Shown here piece after piece: positions 16,901 through 29,187 of a stretch of DNA of 64,000 nt. A model generated the notes under the pieces. That model was not told the origin of the DNA and did no database searches. It worked only from the letters and a program-made list of their open reading frames with translations. The stretch is from Marsupella aquatica (lineage: Eukaryota > Plantae > Marchantiophyta): assembly GCA_973895155.1 (NCBI GenBank), contig OZ316891.1:29251611-29315610 (forward strand), written 5' to 3'. A program made the translations under genes and the position numbers. How positions within the stretch are numbered: position 1 is the first letter of the stretch; each line of letters starts with the position of its first letter.

Positions 16901-17825
16901 CACTTCTTGCAGGTTTACCTCCTTCTTGCACTTGTGGGAAGCCTTGTGATGCCACAGGTGTCCATCTTCTTCGGTGCAGTTTGGGAGGTGAAACCATTAC
17001 TGTTCACGACGCGGTGCGCGATGCGACTGCTCAGGTTCTCTCTGGCTCTTTGGTATGTGTGTGGCGGGAGGTGGTACTCGAGTTACCTGGTCCTCCATCC
17101 CAGCGGTTACGGGTGGATCTTACTATGGTCCGTGAGGGTCAACGTACTTTGGCAGATGTAGTGGTGGCAAACCCATTGCGCCAAGACATCCTTGGGACAG
17201 CGGCAACAACGGCAGGGGCCACAGCGTCACGTGCGGCAACCACGAAGGAGGCCAAATATGCTGCACGAGCTTCATTCGACAACTTCCTCCCCCTTGCTCT
17301 GGAGCTCTTCGGGCGTCTTCATCCTCAGTTTGATGGGCTTCTTCGGCAAGCTGCCCGGGATGTTCATGGCCGAATGGGTCCCACCGGACCCCCGCTATCT
17401 GTTTTGACCACGCACTTTCGCCAACGCATTTCAGTCACCTTACAACGTGCTCAAGCTCGGGCCATCTATCGTCGATCTCTTACAGTGGGTGCTAGTGTGC
17501 CTCCGCAGCGGCTAGCTCCCCTAGAGGATGTTCCAATCCCACTTGCCGATCTAGTTTTGACCCTTGATGTGGACCATTAGCTTTTTGTCACATTTGCTAT
17601 GAATGATGTGGACCTCGGTCCGGTTGGGTTAGTTTTAGTCCCTCTTTCTTGGTTTTTAGGGGTTCCCTATTGCTCATTTCTTACTTTTAGTTCCTCTTTT
17701 TCGGTGTTTTGAGGTTCCCTTTTGTTCACTTCTTTTAGGTTTGGTTTTGTCCACTTGGACCCTCTTTTGTTTGTTCTTGTGTACAGTGTTTGGTCCCTTT
17801 CTATAAAAAGTGTGTGTATATTACA
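13212..17825 (+). mobile_element. CRE-clade non-LTR retrotransposon (RT + restriction-like endonuclease), near full length, inactivated
   Basis: 9-bp TSD TCCGTGCAT at 13203-13211 and 17826-17834. 5' tandem monomers, one long disrupted ORF, T-rich 3'UTR ending GTGTATATTACA. Confidence 0.9.
14115..17580 (+). pseudogene. CRE polyprotein: Pro-rich N-terminus, Zn finger, reverse transcriptase, CCHC finger, RLE nuclease
   Basis: N-terminal CHDC..H..C finger. RT motifs GVRPIAIGE, QFAVG, DVSNAFNT, QGDPLG, LSDD. C-terminal CTCG..H..C, HDAVRD, RVDL, ADVVV, KEAKY. Frameshift at ~15755 and in-frame TAG stops at 16033 and 16816. Confidence 0.9.
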
Positions 17826-18693
17826 TCCGTGCATGACTCTATTCCTTTCATGACAAGCTTTTTTGTTTGATCTAGACTACTTCCTACCCAGAGCTACCTT
17901 TTAAAACAAACCAATAATGAATGTAGAATAATTTTCATTTAAAAACAATTAATGTGAAATTTTCAGGTCTATTCTATCCATCTTTCAATTTTTCCTTTGT
18001 ACAAATAACAATAAAATCAGAATAAACTTACTGTTTGACAAAGAGCAAACAAAATACAACCTTGGTAATAATAAAATGAAGAAATCAAAAGACTCATCAT
18101 ATCAAACACAATAATACACTCCCCCCCTACAAAATAAATAAATATTCTTCATTCTTTACAAAATGAAAAATAGGAGAGAGCAAATTTTGCCCTCTATCAA
18201 AAAAGTCTTTTTTGCAGATATTTTTGTAATCTTTACATATGTATTGTTTTTCAACATCTTTTTTTCATTTCGCCATTTTTTTCACATTCACATCTTTATC
18301 TCACCATGACATTTTTTCCTCACTTGACATATTTTCTCCCCTTGACATCTTTTTCTCTCCTCCACATCTTCTCTCACCTTGACAACTTTATCTCAGTGCG
18401 AAATCTTTCACTCATGCTCAACATTTCTTTCCTCAACATATTTTCCTCATTTTTACATCTTTTTTTCACTTCGCGATCATTTCTCTCCCCAACAACTTTT
18501 CTTCACCTCGGCTTCTTCTTCTCTCATCGACATATTTTTTCATCTCAACACCCTTTCCTCACCTCACATCTTTTTTTCACCTCAATTTCTTTTTCTCTCC
18601 TCAACTTGTTTTTTTCTCATGGACATCTTTTTTCATCATAACATCTTTCCCTCATCTCAACATCTTTTGTGCAACGCACAGTCATGGGGCTAG

Positions 18694-18850
18694 TAGTATA
18701 TATTATAGTGCCAGAAAACAGGGGGCGCTGAACCAGGAGATAGGATCACACGGGCCAAAAAAAACACAATCAAGGGATAACAAGAAAATAACCAGGGCAC
18801 AAACCCAGCAAAAGGAGAACAAAAGACACACAAACAATAGTTATAATTAT
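18694..18850 (-). mobile_element. Short CRE-like 3'UTR remnant
   Basis: TCTCCTGGTTCAG motif and TA-rich tail, as in 3480-3900 and 23380-23780. Confidence 0.45.
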
Positions 18851-18864
18851 AAATATGACTTAGG

Positions 18865-21800
18865 TGTGAAGACGGATCGTGGGATCGTGTCCCTGTGATA
18901 GCCGACGGCTGAGCTTCACCGAGAGACTCAAGCCGCACGATCCGAAAACCCTAACTGTAATTTCCTTCTCCCTAAAACCAACCCTAAAATCCTAACCCTA
19001 AGTTCCTGCTCGGTAAATTACACCAACGTGCTCGGCTGCAATCCTGGTTCTCAGTCTGGTGCACAGCCGACGCCGGATTCATTTGGCTGTGGCGATGTCG
19101 GAGTTGGCGATGTCGGAGCCTTCTTCAGTGGCAGTGTACCCAGCTGACCAATTGATTGAGCTCGTAACTGTGTGAGGTTTGTTTCTTAAGCAGATTTTTC
19201 TGCATGGGATGTGTAGTTTTCAGTCTCTGGTTTGCTACTTTTGGTTTACGTGGATGTTGGTCACATTGCATCGGCCTCCTGTCAATTACTGATGTCGGAG
19301 TCGTCGAGGAATGTACACCATCGACCTTGATTGTGTTTTCTCTCTGTTTTTTGGAGCTCCCTCGTTCAAGTTTTCTGGTTTGTAGCTGAGCTGTACAAGT
19401 CTCTCCTCTTCTGGTGTGATGTACCCGACCGGAGTGCCCTTGGAGAGATTAGATTGGAACCTTTTTGGAAAGGATTCGCAGGGGACGATTGGTACTGCCA
19501 TATTGTGGTTACATTTAGGTTTCTCCCGTTAACAGTTAATCTTCTCGGAGCGTATTGTGATCAAAGCGAGCAATATCTTTTCCTCTGCTTGTCTCGGAGC
19601 TTTGCCGTCTCCTTTCTTCTAGTTTGATGAACCCAACTGGAATGTTCGTGGAGAGATGAGGTTGCAACGTTTCTGAAAAGGATGTTCTGGCTACGATTTG
19701 TACTGATTGTCTTATATTACATTGCCATTTCTCCCCGAATAGTTAGTCTAGTCATCCTGCAGTTCGAACGTGTTCTTGTAATAAGCTCTCCGAAGACCAA
19801 TGGTTCTGTGACGACCGACCGCACTGTGGTGATGTAATCCATTGGGAGATTCTATTTGAGTGTGTTTGGTTCTTTCAAGCCTCCACTTTCACAACTGTTC
19901 TCATTCACTCTCTTCCAAGCGTCCACTAAATGCGTAGCGGAAATCTGACGTTGTACCCCTTGCCAAAGTTTCTCGTCCTGACGTCATCTTGCTGGACTAG
20001 GTCTCCTTTCTTGGAGAGTAGTTTGTGGTCATCTGATGGCCTTCTGTATTATAGTTATCTTGTCAGGTCGGTCTCCATCATGCATTCGGCTCATGAAGAT
20101 CGGATGTTAAGGAATCTTTCTTACTCATTTGTCCGAAACTCCCTCATTTTGATCTGGCTTCCTCCGCTGGTCTTGCACTACGAAATGGAATGATGGTCTG
20201 CTGTAATGATGTGCAGTGCTTGCCTCTTCGGAATGAATTCAATTTTCAGAGACCTCAGTTAATTTCATGCCGATTTTACTATATGCACTACCGCAGACGG
20301 AACTTAACGTATGTCCTCTCAACTTCCCAAGAGCTGTTCATCCAAAGAAGGGACAAGGATTGGTGCGGGTATTGCTGAATGAGGATTCAATTCATAGACC
20401 TGTTCTGAATTCCTTTGAGGAAACAAACATGCATCACCATCTGACAGCTTGCCGCATACCTCTTTCTCCATACAGTGTGTTCGTCCTTGGTTATCTACTT
20501 TCTTAAATGACCGATCTGAATCGGGTAAGCTTTTGAATCCTGGTGTTTTCGTACCTCATTCAATAGGGTGGGTATATCTGCCTCTCTTTTCTTCAGTTAG
20601 ATCATGTCGCAAGACTTGTTTTGACATGTGATCCTTCTGTCCGAGTCAGCTTACAGTGACCTCGAGATATCGTTTCATTGCCCAAGACTTTGTAAGTCGG
20701 ATGGGTTAATTGATTGTTGCTCGAGTACATCCGATGATCAATGTTCTGTTCATCTTGTTTTAATCTGGCGTAGTTGTATCACAGAATTGTTCCTCCTGCC
20801 TAGTCTATAGTCTAGATTTCTGCTATCCCTGAGAGGAACCTGAACCTGGCTCTCTGATCTCCCGTCCGATGAGCCTTGTCCTCTAATCAACGAGAATTCA
20901 TGTAGTAGCTCCTGATTCCAGCAACATCCAGAGGTCAGGCCTTTCCCATGGATCGTAGACAATCAGTCCCCCTACCCAATTAAAAGAGGGTCGAACAGGT
21001 CAAAAATGATAAACAAAGCTGAAGGTTTTAGTAAATGTAGTCTGTCCGTATTGGTGGTCCTTGTTTCCGATGTTCAGTCTTTCCTGTGCTCCCTGCTGAA
21101 TCAGGGACGTTGTAGAGCAATTAGCCGCCTGGTGGTGGCGTAGCAAGTGACGAAAGGAATTGCAAGAAGTGAAGTAGTTTTCAAGGAGTGGTCATTCATG
21201 ATCAAGTTAATCTCTACGGCGATCAAGCGAGGAAGATAAATAACAAGAAGTGACAAGGAGTAGAGAAGATCCCACTATGTGCACAAACAAACAGTGCCAA
21301 TCACTGAAGGTACAAAGTGCCGGTGAAATCTTGAAATCTTATTTCTCTAATGGCACGAGAATAGTTTGCTGCATCATTGCCATGTGTTGGAAATAGAATA
21401 GCTTTATCGAAAAGCTAGAAATTCCCCTTGGAAGGGTCGAGGATAACTCTAAAGAAGTTGCACTAGGAGACGCTGTTGAAGATATCGATGAGAATAATCC
21501 CTCGTACAACAGTCACAATTCAGTTCTCGACGTACGTCATAAATTAAAGGCACCTAGAGATCGAAGACTTTGTCATACTAGACTTTGTCATAGTTGTCAT
21601 CCCTAGTCAATTTGAGAATAACCAGGATTTCTGTACTCAAGGTATCTACAGATGAAGACTTTTTCAAGAGTGGCATCCCTACTGAACTTGAGAAGAACTA
21701 GGATTCAGTCCGGCCTCACTTGATGGACAGGCTACACCCAGCCAATTCGGGATAATATGGCGTCAGATTAGAAACAGTCAGCTTCCCGATTGACGATCAC

Positions 21801-23363
21801 ACGACGACGACCCATGTTGGATCCAAAAGGCGACTAGAAATTTACCATGACCACAATTAATAGATTTTTTGCCTCGAAAAAACCAATTGAACAGATTTAC
21901 ATAATTGCACTTCCCTACAATTTGGTGGCCCTTACCTACCTCTGGTGGACAATGTCTTGCAAATCGTTTTCAGATCTACAGTAGCTCTCGCTTTTGAGAT
22001 CGAGCGTTCTCTGCCAGGTAGCAGCGGAGTTAACTTCGTTCTTAGACGTAGACGTATCGGCCTCCTACACTCGTAGATCGTACATGTCGACGGAAGAGGT
22101 TCCAGCAGCTTGATCGCAAGAGGGAGGGCGGAATTTGGTACTGTGATGGCAGAGAGAATCTAGATTGGCATTCTCCTTTTGTTCTTGATAGAGATTTTTC
22201 ATGACTGGATGATATTACTGCCGCAGAAGAGAATCAATTCAGGTTCTCTTTTTGTTCTCGATAGAGCTTTTTCATGACTGGATTATGTTACTGCCGCAGA
22301 AGAGAATCAATTGAGCTTTTACAGAAGAGGGGGATTGGAATGTGATACTGTGACAGAGAAGTCAATATGGCTTTTCTCTTTTTGTTTTCGATGGATTTCT
22401 CATAGCTGGACTCTGACTAAAGACGCTAGAAGACCGGAGTGGCCCATTCACAGATATGCTCTCCTTGGGACAGGGCATTCAATTGTAACAGTACTGCTGA
22501 GTTCTAACATTTGTGAGTAGTAAGGTCAGTTCAATTTGGATGATGGACTTCGCTATGGGGAAACTTCTTCTTGAAGGGAATTTTGTGGGTCTACTCCAAA
22601 CAGCAGTCCAAACCAAACGTCGTTGCTGAGATCGTCGCTGCCGTCAAAGCGTTCAGTTTTAAAGTCCCAGAGAGTGAGTACTATAGTCGTAGATCGTAGA
22701 TCCGACACTAGCGGAGCTCGGGGGGAAAATGTGAACAAGAAATTAATTCAGATGGTGAGAGCAAAGTCTGTGTCAAATACTTCAATTCTACAATTCCTGA
22801 ATTGGAAGGCCGGGGAAGGAAACCTTCACTGCGACTTTGGGGTCAGATGGTTCCGCAATGGCGGTCTTAAGAGCTGGATTTATAAGGCGAATTGCGGTAC
22901 AGCTGGCTGAATGAGGGATATCGTGAATCCAAAAGACTACTCGGAAAGGATGAAGGTGGAAGTGTAGTAGTGGGACTGTTGATTTCGGCCCGTTTGGGGC
23001 CCTGTCTAACCGGTTTGGGGCAATAATTTGGCTAGTAATTTTTTGTCCCATTAGCCAATGTCCCACCTAATCACGGTACCCATTAGCCAGAATACCCATT
23101 AGCCAGAATCTAAGGGTCACCCTTAAATCTAGGGAGATCTACTGGACCAGAAAATAATCAAATAAGTAATATTGAGTCACAGTACCCATTATCCAGAATT
23201 TAAGGGTCACCCTTAAATCTAGGGAGATCTACTGGACCAGAAAATAATCAAATAAGTAATATTGAGTCACAGGACCCATTAGCCAGAATCTAATTAAGGG
23301 GCACCCTTAAATATTGGGAGATCTAAAGTCAAGAAAGGAATATTGGGCATCTTCTCCTTCACA
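18865..23363 (-). mobile_element. 4.5-kb non-coding LTR-like element (putative giant solo LTR)
   Basis: Terminal inverted TGTGAAG...CTTCACA. 90-bp tandem repeats near 23090-23330, minus-strand TATA at ~22880, telo-box-like motifs near the other end. A homologous fragment at 27845-28045 ends at the same boundary. No matching TSD. Confidence 0.5.
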
Positions 23364-23379
23364 GAGTGAACCCTGGCCA

Positions 23380-23785
23380 TCACCCTCCAAAAGGAGCATA
23401 AACAAGGACGAGAAATAATTTAATAATAATGACAAACACTCTCATTTGGAACGACTGGAAAGTATCACAATGCCCAAGGGGAAAAAATGCTGAACCGGGA
23501 GACATGCCCCAGGTATCGAAGTGCATAAGCTTCCTCCTTAAGCTTGGCTGCAACATGGCCAGGCATGTGTGCGGCAAGAGCGACATGGCTCCCCTAATAG
23601 GATCAGCAACAACCACATCTCCAAGAACACAAACCCCAGCCCTAGAAAAGACCAGATCTGTCTGCCGCTGGTCAAGAAGACCATCTTGAGGGGAGAAAAC
23701 ATGTCGTTGCTCCACGACAAGATAGTAACCAGAGTCCCGGGTAACGACAGCCACCACATCCAGAATGTCATCATAGGTGACAATC
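23380..23785 (-). mobile_element. Degenerate CRE RLE-domain and 3'UTR fragment
   Basis: Translation QRQTDLVFSRAGVCVLGDVVVADP aligns with RLRVDLTMVREGQRTLADVVVANP of the full-length element. Confidence 0.75.
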
Positions 23786-23820
23786 CTCTATTAAAGAAAA
23801 TTGTAAAGATTCCACGTCGA

Positions 23821-24014
23821 GAACTCTACTATCATCACTCTCTGGCTATTAGACCTTTTTGTACACCTTTGTCACCACTCTTGGGCCCGTCTTGGGCTTC
23901 TTTGTTAGGGTGTCTCAGAACTCTACTATCATCACTCTCTGGCTATTAGACCTTTTTGTACACCTTTGTCACCACTCTTGGGCCAGTCTTGGGCTTCTTT
24001 GTTAGGGTGTCTCA
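23821..24014. repeat. ~97-bp near-perfect tandem duplication
   Basis: GAACTCTACTATCATCACTCTCTGGC...GTTAGGGTGTCTCA occurs twice. Confidence 0.9.
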
Positions 24015-25999
24015 AACTTTTATAAGAAGATGTGAGCTTTTTTAGTCTAGCCAAGATTTCAAAGTGTGGGACACAGACCCAAATTTTGTTGTACACATCA
24101 TTGGTGACTGCACTTTTTCGCCAGGGCTTTTGTGCTAACCGCACAACTCGGATCTTTGGCTACTTCTACATATTTTATGACACCTCTCAAAGTTATCCTC
24201 TCATGCTTACTCATGCCCAAACATGCAGGACCTGGCCCTAGTTTTGGCCGTGTGTTCTGCAGGTCAGCAGCCTGGACTGCTTTCTAGAGCGGGCTCCAGA
24301 TAGGCAAACTTTGAGACGCCTTATTGGGTCTCGGGCTCCAATCTCCTTTTGGTTTGAAGCTTTCAATCAGCTTTTAAGTTTTCATGCACAAAGATGCGTG
24401 AATCTACAATAGGGCCACTATTTTATTTATATTTACAAATATGCCATAGTTTTTTTAATGTAATTGCATTAGTTAGGTGAACTTGTGATTCATATAATAG
24501 ACAATGATATCTTAATTTGTAAATACAAAAAAATAATGGGACTATTGTAAATTAGAACATGACAAAGCATTTAGAGACAAAGTATGTTGGAGTTATAGTT
24601 ATATATATATCCCTAATTACAAGCTAGATTTAACGACTAGGTTTCTAAAGTGAAGTCTCTAGACATAATTCCATGGCTTCACTGCTCTAAAAAAAAATAT
24701 AACATGTTTATTGTACTCCCCTCTATTTACCTTCAAATAAAATGGGACTAGTACATATATTTTGAACAATCGGGGATACTAATATATATAACATCATTCA
24801 TGGTATATTCGGCAATTATATTTGTCATTCAACCTGTAGTGAAGTTTGCTCCACTACCTCGCACGAAGTATTTTTGGTGCGAAAATAAATTATCTCTAAC
24901 TATCGAATCCCAGCGAGGATCGACTGGGCACGACGGCCGGGTGCAATAATGTATTCTGCTTCTCAATCGATCGAAGGATTGAAGGAGACGAGGAATGATC
25001 TCCACGATGTTAATTCTTTCCGAAGCTCGACATACCATTTTAAAATTAGACCAAATCATCTGAGAATACAGAGGCAGTAGCATCTGCCGGGACACGTCGA
25101 AAACGTGATGGAAATTACCTATGTAGGATTTTCATTCTCACGAGGTATACCGGAATTGTATGTACCTCCCTGCCTTGCGGTTGTGTCTGATTTCCTGGCC
25201 AGATGCCACTCGGGAAGAAGAAATGGGATGACTTCAATTTGATGTTTCAAGGCAAAATGAAATGGGATGACTTCCTCTACGCTAGTATCTAGCAAAGTCG
25301 CTTCGCTAATATGACGAAGTTGATTCAAGCCAGAACGTACTCGAACGTAGCCACGGTCTTCCATGGACTTGGGCTCCACACCAACCTCAAATTCTCCAAG
25401 AGTGAATTATTGTCCCTCAGTGCCAGCGGCGACTGTTCCATGCGAGGATCGAATCACCATCGATGCTGGATTGTCACTCCTGTAGAAGTTCAGTTTAATT
25501 TGCGTTAGGGACAAAGTCTACTGTAAGTCTCCAAACGCATGCAGTGTGTCGCTTTGCATGGACGGTTTCGATGATGGGCTTTCTTCGTTGGGCTCTTACG
25601 TAGCTGGTTCTGGCTATGGTCTGCTGCTAGGTTAAAAAGGTGCTTCTGTATGTGAGATGCCATTGGAAGTTCCGCACTCACAAGCGAAACAGCTTTCAAT
25701 GTACGTAACGAGTTTTTCGGAGACAATCATGTGTACGCCATATTAAGCGAGACGAGGTACTATACATTGCCATAAGCAAACAGGGGCTAGGACGAACCCA
25801 ATCAACCATACTTAGCCTAGACAGGGAGAAATGTGGACCCACCTTGAAGGAACTTGGAAACCATAGCCACAAGGGCAGGTGGGGAATTAACTAAGCGGGT
25901 TCTCCGAACCTTCTGAAGATCAAGATGCTGGAATGTGCTCAGGCCAGCAGCCAGACAAACAAGTAAAATGATTCCGGGAGAGCGACTGAGCGTCTGAAG

Positions 26000-26190
26000 C
26001 GTTTCTGTCTGTGGCTCAGTAGGGCATTTGGGCTTTCTTGCCCTTTGGCTTGTTGGCCCTTAGGTTTCTTGGTTTTGTCTTTGTTTTCCTCCTTTATTGT
26101 GTTTTTGGCCTTTGGTATCCTGGCTCCCGTTTTGGCATTTTTATACGTACCTTAGCAGTTGCATTTAATATACAATATACTGTACATACA
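26000..26190 (+). mobile_element. CRE-like 3'UTR remnant
   Basis: GCTCAGTAG followed by a T/G-rich tract and a TATACAATATAC tail, like 37885-38125. Confidence 0.45.
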
Positions 26191-26386
26191 TAAGAGCAAA
26201 CGAAAACTAAAATTACAGTACAGACATAATACCACAGTTGCCAGTGAGACAAGGAAGCTTTGAAACAACGATAGGGTTAGTAGAGATGGGCAGCTTGACC
26301 ATTAATTAATTTTTTCCTTGAATTTTAACCATTTATTTTGTAGATGCATGCTATAACAATGGATCCCTTATATAAGATAGAATGTA

Positions 26387-26618
26387 TCTACAACTATAAT
26401 AAGGTTTTCTTAGTCCTTCGTTCGAATACAAAAAAGTTCTTGGGTGGGAAAGATCCACAGCCGTTGGATTTGTTTGACTGTTATCCCTGATCATTGATGG
26501 AAGAAATGAGCATCCCTGACGCATATGTGCTTCTCCATACTGCCCCATAAATGCCCCAGCCCGGCTCCCTATGGGCCGGTCCTCCTTGTGCCATGCAACG
26601 CACGGGCATAGGGCTCGG
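26387..26618 (+). mobile_element. Miniature non-autonomous Helitron (~230 bp)
   Basis: A|TCTACAACTATAATA start nearly identical to 11700; 3' CCATGCAACGCACGGGCATAGGGCTCG with a degenerate CTAG. Confidence 0.65.
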
Positions 26619-27844
26619 TCAAGCATAATTCTCCATTGTAGCTTGCGGCATGCTTCCATTTGCGTTGCATATATGCATGAGTTGAGACTTAGACAGTCTC
26701 TTTCCAGGTCACCAACCGTTTGACTCTCTTTTCTCAGAGAAGGGTTAATTTCAACAAAAAAAAAGATACACTTGCTTGATTGAGGTCCCTCTTGGCAATT
26801 TAAAGCATATGATGACGAAGGCTATTTCAAACTTTGGGGACCCCATAAACTCGAGTTGGGCCTCGTTTGCTTGTAGTCCATGATACTTTGTTTTTGCCCT
26901 TTTTATTAAATTGTTTGGGGTTAAAGCGTAGAAAGTTTGGTTCTGAAGTTTTTTCATGAGACAGATAAATTAAAGACAAACGTCCAGGATTGTAAAAGGA
27001 CACTAACTTCGCTTGGATTTCTCTCTTCAATGTAAAGTTGCCAAGTGGAAACTGGGATATATACAAATGTTTGATGAGATACCCAGATGGACATGCAAAT
27101 CTCTAATTGAAACATTTAATTATTCACATAGCATGTTTTACAAGTCTGTTCCAAGATGACATGTAGCATGGATTTGACCAAATATTGCATTGAAGGCATA
27201 CAAGGTTATCAGTGGCTTCTGCCAGTATTTTCTCTGTTCAGCAGCCTCAGTTCTTTTTCAGGAAGAGTTTGGTTGTCTGAGGGTATTCAGGGTTTAGGGG
27301 TTACCATGGATATAACCTCAGTCTTACCGGGAGTCTTACATTTCCATTTCATCAGATAAAGTTATGAAGGATCATGACACTATAAAGTTATGTGCTCAAT
27401 AGTCTGTTTTTTAGCCTGGAGGGGCCCCAATCATGGAGTAAATGTCTCGAGTTTATTTTATGAACTCTTTACAATTGGGTCCGGCAATGGCGTTGTCGCA
27501 CCTACCTTCGTTTGCGAGCTAGTAAGGTAGAGTGACAGCAAGTGCACAGAAGCAAATACTATGTTGCATGTTGAAACCTTCACAGAACGCGCTTCTATAT
27601 AGTGTATCTGATCGATTTGTCCACCGTGTTACCTTAAATATTGGGTCCTCAAGTCTTGAATACTGCCCCTATGCCTGACGGCAAAACGACCAGTATTACT
27701 TACGGGTCCTGACTCATTCGCGCCCCCTCGTCTTGGAAATGTTTACGATCTGGCTGTCTCTATACCTTTTCTGCCAGCAAGTTTTTTAGTGGCGAAAATT
27801 CGCCACATTACACCTCCCCCACTTTTGGTCAAATTCTGCTTAGT

Positions 27845-28045
27845 ACTTTTTGGTCTCACTAGCCAGTGTCCCACCGAACAGGCCGCATTAGCCAGAATCT
27901 GACCCAGAATCTAACCCAGAATCTAACCGTCTTTAAACGTCTAGGAATAGCCAAAAATCTAACGGTCATCCTTGAACCTCTAGGCAGATCTGACTGTCAG
28001 GAAAGTAATTAGAGAAGGAATGTATTGAGATCTTCTCCTTCACTC
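27845..28045 (-). repeat. Fragment homologous to the terminus of the 18865-23363 element
   Basis: Shares CATTAGCCAGAATCT units, TGTCCCACC and the ATCTTCTCCTTCAC end. Confidence 0.7.
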
Positions 28046-29187
28046 ACCGGACATTTGCGACTCTGGCAAAAAAAAAACCCTTAAAAAATGCTCTCTACCA
28101 TTTGGATGACAGTCAGGATCTGTTCACCATTTCGTGAAAGTTTGCTGTTTTGAACTCGGAATACTAGAAGCTAGGATATGATCGTTTCATTCTTAAGCAC
28201 TGTACCGTTGGGCATTAGTGTGGTCCATAACAGAACATCCAAAGCCTAGTGAAATCTGGCGAAGTCTAGGGACACTGTTTATTGCGATTAGCTCCAGTGC
28301 AACACTGTTTCTGTAGCACTAAAAAATTTGGTCTAGGGTGGGACTACTATTTGATGAACATGCAAGAGTCTATTTTGTAGGCACCCGACACAACAATCAT
28401 GTCATGCAGTACTTTCTGTGTGTGTGCAAAGTTCTGGCTAGCTGACATAACTCGTCGACATGCCTACAAAGTAGATTACACAGAGTTTGGAACAGTTCAC
28501 GGCTGTTTCTTACGTAGACTCAATGATTAGCATTATTTATGCCAATCAACAGACTAACTACATTGCACATGAATTTGCCCAAGTACAGTACGAGGGGTGA
28601 AATAGTGTTCAAACTCTAAACTAAGCAACTTCCATCTGAAGCATGAAAGTTGAGAGCCTGATGTGAACTTAGTCGCAACACCTCATAAATCACACGTACG
28701 TTTCTAAGGAGAACTATGATCGAAGCAACAATATGAAGTGGGGTCCTAATCAGACTCGAGGTGGCTCTTCACTAATTAAAGAACGACCCATGGAGGATGT
28801 AGTGGATCATAAGCAGAGGCTGAGGTCTGCCAAAAGATCGTCCACATCGGTGGCGTTGATATCAGAGCTCCCGCATGAGACTGCGAAGTCACGGTTGCTC
28901 TACATTTCCGTTGCAGCTGGGATGACTGCATATGCGGGGAAGGCCCTCAGTTGATCGACATGACTCTTCCGGGGACTATTCCAGGATCTTCGATGTAGAG
29001 ACCCAGCTTATATTCTTCAAAACAAATATTGCCGGTGAAATTAGTAGTCGACATCCTTCTCGAGTCTTCGCTTGTTGGACAAGTCTTCAGAAACCGATCA
29101 ATCTGAGAACCAAGCATCAAGCTGATTATCGAACGAACACTAAGTTCAATTTCGCCTCCTAGCTCTGAACCCAGAAGATGAGCGAGT

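Larger units (their letters stand above)
11700..18693 (+). mobile_element. Non-autonomous Helitron hosting a nested CRE element
   Basis: A|TCTACAATTATAATA 5' end; 3' end TGTGCAACGCACA hairpin + GGGCTAG|T; inserted at AT. Internal ~178-bp repeats and a degenerate ACATCTTTT array (18240-18670). Termini resemble those at 26387 and 38335. Confidence 0.75.

Noticed and set aside
18946-19005. Telomerase RNA template candidate
   Set aside because: Several imperfect CCCTAA motifs rather than one template; no USE (RTCCCACATCG)/TATA Pol III promoter upstream.
19625-19676. C/D box snoRNA (TGATGA...CTGA)
   Set aside because: Too short (~52 nt) and no recognisable rRNA/snRNA antisense element.
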